Assembly (NCBI GenBank): GCA_031285625.1
Contig: JAITVV010000092.1
Span: 96,001-160,000, forward strand
Source of the DNA: Prevotella sp.
Lineage (GTDB): Bacteria; Bacteroidota; Bacteroidia; Bacteroidales; Dysgonomonadaceae
Direction of reading: 5' to 3'
Length of the DNA stretch: 64,000 bases
Notes under the pieces: model-generated
The model's database searches: none
What the model saw: the letters and a program-made list of their open reading frames with translations, nothing else
Told to the model about the DNA's origin: nothing
Translations under genes and position numbers: made by a program
Part shown: piece after piece, positions 33,879 through 43,114 of the stretch
Layout of the letters: each line of letters begins with the position of its first letter
Numbering within the stretch: the stretch's first letter is position 1

Positions 33879-33973
33879 TGAATTAAAATATAATAAGGAA
33901 AAAGAAGAAAAAGCAATGGCATACAGCTCTGTTTTTTCTTCATTTTCTTTACGGGAATCAGTCAGGTAATTAT

Positions 33974-34612
33974 ATGAAGAAGAACAAAGGCCTAATTGCC
34001 ATATTTGTTATAATATTGATTTTAGTAATAGATCAGGTATCTAAAATCTGGGTAAAAACCAATATGTCATTATACGAAAGTATAGAAATAGTCAGTTGGT
34101 TCAAGATTTACTTTGTAGAGAACCCGGGTATGGCTTTTGGTCTTGAACTGGGAGAAGGAGGTTCTTTCGGAAAACTATTTCTATCGTTATTCCGCATAGT
34201 AGCAATAGGATTCATTGGCTATTACCTGTATTCTCTTGTTAAGAAAGGGTACAAAACCGGCTATATTGTGTGTATCGCCTTAATTCTGGCCGGTGCTTTC
34301 GGCAATATTATAGATAGTGTTTTCTATGGTGAAATATTTTCTGCCAGTTATGCAGGACATGTTGCATCTTTGGTTCCATTAGGAGAAGGATATGCCGGAT
34401 GGTTGCATGGAAAAGTTGTAGATATGCTTTATTTCCCCCTTATTGAGAGTACTTTCCCAACTTGGGTTCCTGTATGGGGTGGACAAAATTTTGTATTCTT
34501 TAGCGCCATATTCAACATTGCTGATTCGGCAATAACCGTAGGTATTTTTATTCTTCTTATTTTTTATCGTAAGACATTAGCACTATCTTTGGAGAAAAAA
34601 GATAAAGCCTGA
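33974..34612 (+). CDS. lspA: Lipoprotein signal peptidase
   Basis: DQVSK, NPGMAFG, GNIID, VVDM, FNIAD. Confidence 0.95.
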   Translation: MKKNKGLIAIFVIILILVIDQVSKIWVKTNMSLYESIEIVSWFKIYFVENPGMAFGLELGEGGSFGKLFLSLFRIVAIGFIGYYLYSLVKKGYKTGYIVCIALILAGAFGNIIDSVFYGEIFSASYAGHVASLVPLGEGYAGWLHGKVVDMLYFPLIESTFPTWVPVWGGQNFVFFSAIFNIADSAITVGIFILLIFYRKTLALSLEKKDKA

Positions 34613-34614
34613 TT

Positions 34615-35523
34615 ATGCTGCGTCCTATCATCTATATTATTATAACTACAATTGCACTGCTCAGTTCTTGTAGCAGGAGACCGGGTTATGTGATACCCGA
34701 AAAGAAGATGATGGAAGTACTTTACGATATCCGCCTGACACAATCTATTTATCTCAATGATCCTCAATTTAAGTCTGATGAGAAGAAGGATGCCTTGGTT
34801 GCAGGAGTTCTTGAGAAACACAAAATAACACAGGTGGAACTGGATTCATCACTCCTTTGGTATTCGGACAATATACAAGCTTATTCTGAGATTAATGACA
34901 GTGTAGCCGCACGCCTAAGAGCTAGAAATGAAGCACTGATGTCTTCACGTATTGTTCAGAACACAAAGGGACGGCAAAGATTTGATCTGGTAATTCCAAC
35001 CTATTATTATCTGGATAAGTATACTCCGACATTATCCTTTAATATCGATTCTTCAAAGATTAAGGGAATTAAGAATATTTCGGCATTCAACTTTAAATTT
35101 GATGTACAAGGATTGAATGATCTCCAGAAAGCTGAAGCTGCAGTTTTCTTTACCTATAAAGATACGTTGATTAGAAAAGTTATTCCAATTGATAGGAATG
35201 AACAATACTCATTATCTAAGCCACAGTTACCGGATAGTTTGCTGAATAATATTTCCGGATATGTTCATATAAGGAATAATACAGGAATTTCTTCCGGGGT
35301 TATATTGTATAACATGAGTTATATTGATTCTGTATCAGTTTCCCCAGCAACTCAAAGTAATCCAACTGAATCCCGTAGACCCGCCGATCGCAGGCCTGAA
35401 GTTGAACTAAGAGAGTCAAAAGTTGAAGAGGTGAAAACTGAACAATCTACATCAGAGCAGACTGTTAAACCTGCTGGTCAGGCTTCGAAAAGCCCTGTAT
35501 TGAGGGGTAAAAGACCCAGATAA
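34615..35523 (+). CDS. DUF4296-domain lipoprotein
   Basis: Lipobox LSSC, VIPEKKMMEVLYD...LDSSLLWY; usual position after lspA. Confidence 0.8.
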   Translation: MLRPIIYIIITTIALLSSCSRRPGYVIPEKKMMEVLYDIRLTQSIYLNDPQFKSDEKKDALVAGVLEKHKITQVELDSSLLWYSDNIQAYSEINDSVAARLRARNEALMSSRIVQNTKGRQRFDLVIPTYYYLDKYTPTLSFNIDSSKIKGIKNISAFNFKFDVQGLNDLQKAEAAVFFTYKDTLIRKVIPIDRNEQYSLSKPQLPDSLLNNISGYVHIRNNTGISSGVILYNMSYIDSVSVSPATQSNPTESRRPADRRPEVELRESKVEEVKTEQSTSEQTVKPAGQASKSPVLRGKRPR

Positions 35524-35530
35524 CATCGAT

Positions 35531-35815
35531 ATGAAACGTTATTATTCCCACTATACATACATATATCCGGATATCTTTCTGAAAAACTGCATAATTGAAA
35601 TGGATGATAAACATAGGATCATCCATATTTTTCAATTTAAAAAAGAGGTTGAGAAAACAGAATTTTATTCTGGCCTTTTATTATTCCTTCCAGAAGGAAC
35701 CGACCTAAGTGAAGACATGTTTACTAAAATAAAAGGTGCTGATTTTAAATCGGTAGATATGAATATTTCCTCAGATAACAGCTATTATTTCATACATAGA
35801 GAAGATTTATACTAG
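35531..35815 (+). CDS. Hypothetical protein
   Basis: 94-aa ORF in operon position. Confidence 0.6.
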   Translation: MKRYYSHYTYIYPDIFLKNCIIEMDDKHRIIHIFQFKKEVEKTEFYSGLLLFLPEGTDLSEDMFTKIKGADFKSVDMNISSDNSYYFIHREDLY

Positions 35816-35872
35816 CGATTATTCATCACCAAATGAGTGATAAAAAACATTAAGGTTACTGTTGTTTCCATA

Positions 35873-36139
35873 TTATATTTTCCACCAAATATCATACATT
35901 TCATCAATAGCTTTTGAAGACGATTCTTCCTTAATTTTCATCAATTCTTCATAAACAACTTTTTTAGCATTATCTATCGTATCTCCAGTCACAATATATT
36001 CACCATGTCCCAGAATAAAGTCAGCACGATATTCACCACCGGATGAAGAGATGAAAACTTCTATTATTCCTCTCTTTTTAGGCAATTCAGGAGAATCCGG
36101 AAGATTGCCATAACCAAACAATCTAGTAAATAATCCCAT
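35873..36139 (-). CDS. Hypothetical protein (last gene of the nrtR operon)
   Basis: 88-aa ORF 4 bp after the previous stop. Confidence 0.55.
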   Translation of the reverse strand: MGLFTRLFGYGNLPDSPELPKKRGIIEVFISSSGGEYRADFILGHGEYIVTGDTIDNAKKVVYEELMKIKEESSSKAIDEMYDIWWKI

Positions 36140-36143
36140 AATA

Positions 36144-36554
36144 CTAATTCATAAATTTCATAACACAAAAGCTTGCCTCATCTGTTTTACTTCTGTCAAA
36201 ACCGTCTCCGAAAAATACCTTTACAATCTCTATCCGTCCAATAATCTGATTATTAAATTCTTCCAAATCCTCAGCCGGAACCCATAATTCATTATGCATA
36301 AATCCTCCAACATTATGAACTTCATATTTTTGCAGATAATCTGCTGGCAAGTCAAATTTTGTAACTATACCACAATAGCCCGAAAACTCGTCTTTTGTAT
36401 TCCATTTTTCAGCAATCTGCTCTGCATAATCCTGATTAAGCACCGGATAGAAGATCGGCTGCCACTCTAAACGGGGAGGAAATCCTTTGAAATTCAGATC
36501 TATAATCAATTGTAGTTCTTTGAGTCCTATAGGACGATATAATGTTGTTTTCAT
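36144..36554 (-). CDS. Conserved small protein associated with ADP-ribosylglycohydrolases (possible ART-like fold)
   Basis: TLYRPIG...FPPRLEWQPIFYPV...HNELWVPAEDLEEFN; start moved to MKTT. Confidence 0.7.
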   Translation of the reverse strand: MKTTLYRPIGLKELQLIIDLNFKGFPPRLEWQPIFYPVLNQDYAEQIAEKWNTKDEFSGYCGIVTKFDLPADYLQKYEVHNVGGFMHNELWVPAEDLEEFNNQIIGRIEIVKVFFGDGFDRSKTDEASFCVMKFMN

Positions 36555-36555
36555 T

Positions 36556-37428
36556 TTATTCTTTCCATTTATCCACCATTTCATAAACAAGTGGTGCTAT
36601 ATCCAAATAATTAAATTTCTCTATAAATTCTACAGGAATCATATCAACCCCCTTCAAAGTCCCGGTTATCTGCCCGAACATAGAACAAACGGTATCCGTA
36701 TCACCACCTAGTTTTATCAAATCGGTAATGATGGTTTTAAAGTCGGATTCATTTATCTTTTGCGCTGCAAAAATAGCCAGGGGAACAGAATCGACTACAT
36801 AACCTGTTGATTTATAAATCTTCCCGATTTCAGAGATTGATAAGTCCTTCAATTTACCCATCTCAATCAGGCGGTCTCTAACCCGTGTATCAGGTATCTT
36901 TTCTACTACAAAATCTATCAGATTATTATCTCCAGTCCATGCTTCAATTATGGATGCTTTTATTGCGTAATAAATTGCTAATGCACCACAATAAGCTTCA
37001 TCGTTACGATGTGTGATTGTACATATATCCTTAATCTTCAGTCTAGTTGCATATTTCTTAAAAGCCAGAGGAGCAATCCGCATAGCAGCGCCATTACCTC
37101 CAGCATATTCGCCCGAACGGCCAACTATTGCCCAATGTCCTCCCACCTGTAATTCGCGCAACGCTTTTAGAGTACTGGAGCCTAATCCAATAAGCTTCCC
37201 GCTGTTATACCAATTCAGGAAACGTTCAGCTACTTTTTCAGGCCTGATTTCGATATCATCACCTATAGCCTCACAGGTTGCCAAAGTCAATTGAGTATCA
37301 TCAGAAACTGCCCAGTTGAAATCAAAACCGACATTCAGTACATAGTCGATATTCTCATACCGGAAGCCAAGTGCATCGCCTATAGCCCCGGCAATAAGGC
37401 AACCTTCGAGCCTTTGTTTTATGTTCAT
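36556..37428 (-). CDS. ADP-ribosylglycohydrolase (DraG/ARH family)
   Basis: GDALG, SDDT, GNGAAMRIAP, GGDTDT. Confidence 0.93.
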   Translation of the reverse strand: MNIKQRLEGCLIAGAIGDALGFRYENIDYVLNVGFDFNWAVSDDTQLTLATCEAIGDDIEIRPEKVAERFLNWYNSGKLIGLGSSTLKALRELQVGGHWAIVGRSGEYAGGNGAAMRIAPLAFKKYATRLKIKDICTITHRNDEAYCGALAIYYAIKASIIEAWTGDNNLIDFVVEKIPDTRVRDRLIEMGKLKDLSISEIGKIYKSTGYVVDSVPLAIFAAQKINESDFKTIITDLIKLGGDTDTVCSMFGQITGTLKGVDMIPVEFIEKFNYLDIAPLVYEMVDKWKE

Positions 37429-37431
37429 TTT

Positions 37432-37974
37432 CTATTCTGATATATACTTTGAGTCTACAAAATCTGTCAGCCAGACACCATTATCCGATACAAAAAATTC
37501 AATACCATTACGATGCATTTGTCCCGACAAGATAGTGAGAATTACCGGACGTCCGTGACGAGAGCCAACTTTATGTGCCGTCTCTTTATCCTTACTCAGG
37601 TGTACATGCTGACGGCTGGCTTTCCTTATCCCATTCTCCATAATAGATGCGTAGAAACGGTCTGCCGTACCATGATACAGATATTCGGGTGGTTCCACAG
37701 GGCTTAAAGCTAAATCTATATCAACAGAGTGTCCCTGATTGGCTCGTATTCTTGTTTTATCTTCGTTGAAGGAATAACGCTTCTTATCGTTAGTCGCTAC
37801 TATTTCTTCCAACTCATTCATTGTGAAACTGACTCTGTGTTTACTACATTTTTCAATTAGTTCATGTACATTTACCCAACCATTTGGGTCTAGTTCAATA
37901 CCTATTTTTTGAGGTTCATGCCTTAGTATAAGGCTTAAGAATTTACCTATTCTTTTTTTATGTTGTTCTGTCAT
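37432..37974 (-). CDS. kptA: RNA 2'-phosphotransferase Tpt1/KptA
   Basis: LSLILRH, KKRY, IRANQGHS, LYHGT, RQHVHLS, NGVWL. Confidence 0.95.
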   Translation of the reverse strand: MTEQHKKRIGKFLSLILRHEPQKIGIELDPNGWVNVHELIEKCSKHRVSFTMNELEEIVATNDKKRYSFNEDKTRIRANQGHSVDIDLALSPVEPPEYLYHGTADRFYASIMENGIRKASRQHVHLSKDKETAHKVGSRHGRPVILTILSGQMHRNGIEFFVSDNGVWLTDFVDSKYISE

Positions 37975-37994
37975 TTGTGTTTATTATTATAAAA

Positions 37995-38909
37995 TTAATC
38001 AAAGTAAAAAGTATCTGTACTTTCTACTGAATTTAGCCACTCTTGCGGTATGGTTTCATCCGGGGCATAAAGTATCACAATACTGCCTACCATCGCACAA
38101 ATAGTGTCCCTGTCTCCCAATGCCGAGACTGCACGCCAGAGAGCATCTTCAAAGTTATCGAGATGATTGGCAGCGCACCAGATGGCAATAGGCACCGTAT
38201 CCTGAGAGGTCAGCTTAATGCCATTACCAAGAATGGAAACCACTGTATCTATACGGTATGTTCCGGGAATATGCATCGCTTTTCTTATTTTAGACTTTGT
38301 GTCACTGTCTTCTAACTGGTCATATACTTCCTTAATAAAAGCCTCAGCAGAAAGTTGAGTATTTGTTAACCTGAGATTCAACGCAAGAGAAGCTGCATAA
38401 GCAATAGCCGTAGCCCCTACCCTAGCTTCAAGGTTGAAATGTGTAACTAATGCTGATTTAGCTACTTCTGATTTCAGCCACTTCAAATCATTATAGAAAT
38501 ATGCACCCAAAGGAGCAGTCCGCATAGCCGCGCCGTTACCCATAGAGCCCTGTCCATCGAATACACTGGCTGATACTTCCTGCCAGGGTTGCCCCTCGCC
38601 TATTTCTCGCAAAATCTTATGAGCCGTTCCACCATATCCACGGTTGATATCTTTTCGGTAATTACTTGCAAACTGTTTTGCCAGCATATCCTGATTGACT
38701 TCACCATTAGCAACCAGATTATTTAATACGGCTATAGCCATTACAGTATCGTCCGTATATTCCCATTTAGTATAGGGAGGTACAATGCGGTTATCTATAT
38801 AATTGTTTACAGTATCCAAATCTCCGAAAAAGCTATCCCCAAAGGCATCGCCAATAGATAATCCCAACAGAGATTTCTTTGCATATTCTATATTTAATTT
38901 CTTTGTCAT
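37995..38909 (-). CDS. ADP-ribosylglycohydrolase (DraG/ARH family)
   Basis: GDAFG, YTDDT, GNGAAMR, GDRDT. Confidence 0.93.
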   Translation of the reverse strand: MTKKLNIEYAKKSLLGLSIGDAFGDSFFGDLDTVNNYIDNRIVPPYTKWEYTDDTVMAIAVLNNLVANGEVNQDMLAKQFASNYRKDINRGYGGTAHKILREIGEGQPWQEVSASVFDGQGSMGNGAAMRTAPLGAYFYNDLKWLKSEVAKSALVTHFNLEARVGATAIAYAASLALNLRLTNTQLSAEAFIKEVYDQLEDSDTKSKIRKAMHIPGTYRIDTVVSILGNGIKLTSQDTVPIAIWCAANHLDNFEDALWRAVSALGDRDTICAMVGSIVILYAPDETIPQEWLNSVESTDTFYFD

Positions 38910-39389
38910 TTAATCAAAATCGTAGATATAGACATCTATATCATTTTTTACTAATGTTTTTTCAATTAGCGGCTCTACTTTTTCCCACTTGCCACCTGCC
39001 AGACCACACCCAATACGGGGCATATGTACGCTGGCGCGTAATTGTTTTGCTCCCTCAGCCAGTTTTTCGAGGCAGGACTCAATAGCTTCATATCTTATAG
39101 GTACTCCCGTACTTCTCCCTGTTTTGGTTCCACGCTGGCCAATCATATTCGCTACGTAAATATACGGTTCTACCTGCACAATCTGTATATTTCCCAATGC
39201 AAAATTGTTTTCTGCACGTTCCCTGTGCCATAAGCGGAATGCTTTTTCCGGTTCGGGCCAGCGTTTAGATATGGCTAAAACAAAGCCTTTTCCCCAACCG
39301 CCTATATCATTGCTTATATGAGCTATTATCTTTGTTCCGCTGGCTTGCGGGGAAGTAGCATCACCTTTTAGGTATGTTATCTTTTTCAT
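38910..39389 (-). CDS. SCO6735/TARG1/DarG-class macrodomain
   Basis: KGDATSP, IIAHISNDIGGWGKGFV, NMIGQRG, MPRIGCGLAGGKW. Confidence 0.9.
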   Translation of the reverse strand: MKKITYLKGDATSPQASGTKIIAHISNDIGGWGKGFVLAISKRWPEPEKAFRLWHRERAENNFALGNIQIVQVEPYIYVANMIGQRGTKTGRSTGVPIRYEAIESCLEKLAEGAKQLRASVHMPRIGCGLAGGKWEKVEPLIEKTLVKNDIDVYIYDFD

Positions 39390-39406
39390 TTTAGTATCAT
39401 TTTTCT

Positions 39407-39997
39407 TTAATCCATCCCTAGCCGCTTCATTATTTCCTCCGATATAGGATAAACCTTTTCTTTCGGTAACAACTCTTTCGCTTTATCATGTCGACCGTCT
39501 AAGCGTAATTTATATATCTTATTTGCCAAAGGGGAATAGTCCTTAATATCCACAATCCATTCTTCGTTATATTCCTGTATCAAATGACGGCTGATACCCA
39601 CTTGTATAGAGCGGTAATCCATCTTTTGTCCCCTGATAGAACGTTCAGGGTCCCATTGTACATGCACCTTTGCCTGGTCAAACATTTCGCGCCAGACATC
39701 ACCATTAGCATACACCCGATGTGAAGGATGTGTTAATACAGCCTGAGAAAGAGCATATTCCCACGCCGAACGTTTGATTCTTACTGCCAGAATATACTCC
39801 TGTCCTGACTTTTGTCCGTAACCGCTGCGTTCCATCATCCACAAGAACGAAGGTTTTATCCATGTCATGCGGGTGTATGAAAATGGCGGTACAAACCGTT
39901 TATTTTCTATTGCGGGTTTTCCTATTGCTTCTCTGTAAGCCTGATAGACAATAATTGTATCCCTGTCGTAATCGGCTCTTATTTCATATTGTTTCAT
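39407..39997 (-). CDS. DUF4291-domain protein
   Basis: EIRADYD...VYQAY, RMTWIKPSFLWMMERSG, VQWDPER, RSIQVG. Confidence 0.9.
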   Translation of the reverse strand: MKQYEIRADYDRDTIIVYQAYREAIGKPAIENKRFVPPFSYTRMTWIKPSFLWMMERSGYGQKSGQEYILAVRIKRSAWEYALSQAVLTHPSHRVYANGDVWREMFDQAKVHVQWDPERSIRGQKMDYRSIQVGISRHLIQEYNEEWIVDIKDYSPLANKIYKLRLDGRHDKAKELLPKEKVYPISEEIMKRLGMD

Positions 39998-40952
39998 TGT
40001 ATTTCTTTTCTAATCTGTCACATAAATCCATTATGTCATCTTTGCGGGCTAACTGGTCTATCCATTTTTGAGGAATGGCATCGAAACCATATAACAGACC
40101 GGCAAGCCCTCCGGCAATAGCGGCTGTAGTATCCGTGTCGCTACCCAGATTAACTGCTCTGAGCACTGTCCCCTCATATGTATCTTCTTTAAAGAGGCAC
40201 CACAAAGCTGCTTCGAGACTGTGAACCACATAGCCCGACGATGCTATTTCCGATTCAGGATATTCATATATTGGCTTTATCTCATATCCTCCAACAGGAT
40301 TTAGTAAAATCCGGTGGAATTTATTTATCTCATTATCGGAACAAATAGGGTTATTATGTAAAAAGTTATTTACTATTTCCTTTGTATTTTCAAAGGCTTT
40401 GAACTTATCATGCATCTTAATCAGTCGCAGCCCAAACTCTATATAGATAAAGCAGGCCAGCACAGACCTGATATGTCCATGGGTAAGGGAGGATACATCC
40501 TGTATATGCCTGAAACGTTCTGCGATATCCATATGCTGCACATAAAACAGTAAAGGCATAATGCGCATTAGTGAACCGTTTCCATTATCGGCTTCCTCGC
40601 GGCCACCTGCCATAACAGGATTTATATCTTTCATCAACTGATATATAGCCCTCGATGTAGCAACCCCAACATCAAAAACCTCTCCATGAGGTGTCCAGTA
40701 ATTATCTTCGTACCATGATACAAAGCGCATCCCCATATCTTTCAGGTTATAACCTCTGGTCAGACTTTCAGCCAGGCAAAAAGTCAAAGAGCTATCGTCC
40801 GACCATGTGCCTGCAGGCTGGTTATGCGTTCCATAGGCAAGCATATCTGTAACGGGATTTTCTTTCAGATAATCCCTATTTCTGAATTCGACAGGTACAC
40901 CTAAAGCATCGCCAACGGCTACGCCGAATAAAGCGCTATATATTAGTTTCAT
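39984..40952 (-). CDS. ADP-ribosylglycohydrolase (DraG/ARH family)
   Basis: GDALGVPVEF, WSDDS, NGNGSLMRI, GSDTDT; start moved to MKLIY. Confidence 0.94.
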   Translation of the reverse strand: MKLIYSALFGVAVGDALGVPVEFRNRDYLKENPVTDMLAYGTHNQPAGTWSDDSSLTFCLAESLTRGYNLKDMGMRFVSWYEDNYWTPHGEVFDVGVATSRAIYQLMKDINPVMAGGREEADNGNGSLMRIMPLLFYVQHMDIAERFRHIQDVSSLTHGHIRSVLACFIYIEFGLRLIKMHDKFKAFENTKEIVNNFLHNNPICSDNEINKFHRILLNPVGGYEIKPIYEYPESEIASSGYVVHSLEAALWCLFKEDTYEGTVLRAVNLGSDTDTTAAIAGGLAGLLYGFDAIPQKWIDQLARKDDIMDLCDRLEKKYNETI

Positions 40953-41712
40953 AATCAGATAATTTAATTGTATGGTATACCCATTCTTTAGAAGAATCCA
41001 AAAGTGATACAAGCAACAACTTCTTATTCTTAATCAGAGATATTGAACTTCTCTGAGATAATAGTTGTTTGTCGGATTCAAGTTCTAATACAAGTTCAGG
41101 TTCTCTTTTCTGCATATTAAAATTATAAATCGCATTTGAAGAGAATATGAATAAACAATTTTCCAAAGGAGATTCTGCAACCCCAGCAATCTGAAAGCTG
41201 CAAAAATCATTCAGCAGGATTAATTCATCAGTTTTTTTCAGATAACAATAATATTCGTATTCGTTTATATTATCACTCTTGTAAAGGCAAGAATAAAAAA
41301 TGATTCCAAGAAAACTCTCAGGGATAAAAGAAATCCAATTTAATCTTCTTTCTGTATAATTCCCCGAATATATCATTTCCATTTTTCCTGAATCCATATC
41401 AACAAAAACAATCTGGTTACCTTTTTCCACTAGAGAGAAATAACATGTTTTTGAATCTATTGACCATGGATAGTTTGAAATTGCTCTTATATAGTCTCCC
41501 TTATTATGTTCCCAAACAGTTTCATTTGATTCTGTATTTATTATTTTGCCATAATAAAAAGCATCTCCAAATCTGTATTCTCCCATATAAGTTAAGCCTA
41601 ACCGATATTTTTTATCAAGAGACACATAGTTATCTTTTCCATAATATTTAGGTATGCATCCATTAAGTACCTGATAATCGGCTTCTGTTATAGCATCTAT
41701 TTTAAGCTTCAT
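40936..41712 (-). CDS. Hypothetical protein (possible beta-propeller fragment)
   Basis: 258-aa AT-rich ORF inside the operon. Confidence 0.6.
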   Translation of the reverse strand: MKLKIDAITEADYQVLNGCIPKYYGKDNYVSLDKKYRLGLTYMGEYRFGDAFYYGKIINTESNETVWEHNKGDYIRAISNYPWSIDSKTCYFSLVEKGNQIVFVDMDSGKMEMIYSGNYTERRLNWISFIPESFLGIIFYSCLYKSDNINEYEYYCYLKKTDELILLNDFCSFQIAGVAESPLENCLFIFSSNAIYNFNMQKREPELVLELESDKQLLSQRSSISLIKNKKLLLVSLLDSSKEWVYHTIKLSDYETNI

Positions 41713-41727
41713 GATTTTTTGGAAAAA

Positions 41728-42279
41728 TTATCCACAATTCTTTTTTAATTTGTCTCGTACCTCCATTAAGGCAAAGCCTAACAGATTTGTCCCTTTCCAC
41801 AAATATGGATTATTTACATTTTCGTTTTCTTCACTTAACCCTATGCCCCATATCCGGTCGAGAGGGCTGGCTTCAACAAGAACTTTATTTCCTGTATCCA
41901 ACAAAAAAGACTTCATCTCTTCATTCTGAGAGAATTTATAGAAGTTACCTTCCTCAACAATACCGGATTGGTATTTTTTCCATTCAGTCAGGTCAAAGTT
42001 TCTGACTTTCTTTCCTAAAATCTGGACTTCGGCAGGAGATTCAGTAGAAAGTATCTCCCGGCAAATATCCTTGTCTCCGAATAATTCTGCTTTTTTAGCC
42101 ATCATCCAGTGCTCAGTTGTCAGATAACACACATTATCTACAGCAAAAGGTGAATATGTCCATTGGCTAAGACATGCTCCGGTTACAGTAGTACCTTTCT
42201 CCGGCTTCCAGAAGAAAAGGTACTCTATTACCTCTGTATTTAGTTTATCGTAAAGCCAATTGATGTTATATGTTTTCAT
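41728..42279 (-). CDS. NADAR-family protein
   Basis: LSQW, TEHWMMAKKA, LVEASPLDRIWGIG, GTNLLG. Confidence 0.93.
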   Translation of the reverse strand: MKTYNINWLYDKLNTEVIEYLFFWKPEKGTTVTGACLSQWTYSPFAVDNVCYLTTEHWMMAKKAELFGDKDICREILSTESPAEVQILGKKVRNFDLTEWKKYQSGIVEEGNFYKFSQNEEMKSFLLDTGNKVLVEASPLDRIWGIGLSEENENVNNPYLWKGTNLLGFALMEVRDKLKKNCG

Positions 42280-42832
42280 TATTCAGTTTATCCCTTATCT
42301 CCATTAATGCAAAGCCTAATAGATTCGAACCTTTCCATAGACGGGGATTCTCGGCATGTTCATCATCCTGCGCCATTCCTATTCCCCATATTTTATCTAC
42401 GGGACTGGCTTCAACCAATACCCTGTCTTTTGTATTCAGCAAAAATTCTTTCAGACCGGCATGTTGCGAGAACTTATGATAATTCCCTTCACAAACGATA
42501 TCAAAACAGTTTTCACCCCATACTTTCGGGTCAAAATTCTTGACTTTCCTTCCCAGTTTTTTAGCTTCGGCTGGAGATTTTGCTTGTAAGATTTGTTCTA
42601 TCATTTCTTTATCAAATAATTCTGCTTTCTTAGCCATCATCCAATGTTCGGCAGTGGCATATGTCACGCCATCTACCGTGAAAGCACTCTGCCACCACTG
42701 GCTAAAGCATGATTTTGTTACTGAGCCGTCTTTTGACACGGCATGTCCCCAGAATAGAAGATATTTAGCACTTTCTTTTTTCTCAACTTTATTTAGTAGC
42801 CAGTTTATGTTGTAGGTTGTATATTTTTCCAT
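42266..42832 (-). CDS. NADAR-family protein
   Basis: FSQWW, TAEHWMMAKKA, LVEASPVDKIWGIG, GSNLLG. Confidence 0.94.
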   Translation of the reverse strand: MEKYTTYNINWLLNKVEKKESAKYLLFWGHAVSKDGSVTKSCFSQWWQSAFTVDGVTYATAEHWMMAKKAELFDKEMIEQILQAKSPAEAKKLGRKVKNFDPKVWGENCFDIVCEGNYHKFSQHAGLKEFLLNTKDRVLVEASPVDKIWGIGMAQDDEHAENPRLWKGSNLLGFALMEIRDKLNNENI

Positions 42833-42869
42833 TGTTTTTTTATTTTATATAATTATTTTCTTTTTACTG

Positions 42870-43097
42870 TGCGCAATCAAAGATTGCTTACCTTCCTTTT
42901 GCCCAAAGCCGCAAAAGGAAGCAAAAACGCTTTGGTGGCACACCCTCTCAGACGACCCCTTACAGGCTCACGGACTAAATCGAAAGAACTTGCCTTTCAG
43001 GCTTCGGACAACTTTCAATTTTACGTCCGTTTTACCTGAGGGGTACCCCGTCTGTCGGGTTAACGCCACTGAGAGCAAAGCCGCGACAAGAAAGGGT
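42870..43097. repeat. GC-rich nested-hairpin intergenic element
   Basis: CTTCCTTTTGC/GCAAAAGGAAG hairpin, then nested pairs GTGGC/GCCAC, CAGACG/CGTCTG, CCCCT..CAGG/CCTGAGGGG, ACGGAC/GTCCGT. Confidence 0.55.
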
Positions 43098-43114
43098 ATT
43101 AATTTCAAATTTCT

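Noticed and set aside
42869-42890. Third ACGCAA-N6-TGCGCAA site
   Set aside because: Spacing is 8 rather than 6, one half-site mismatches, and it forms the first hairpin of the structured element
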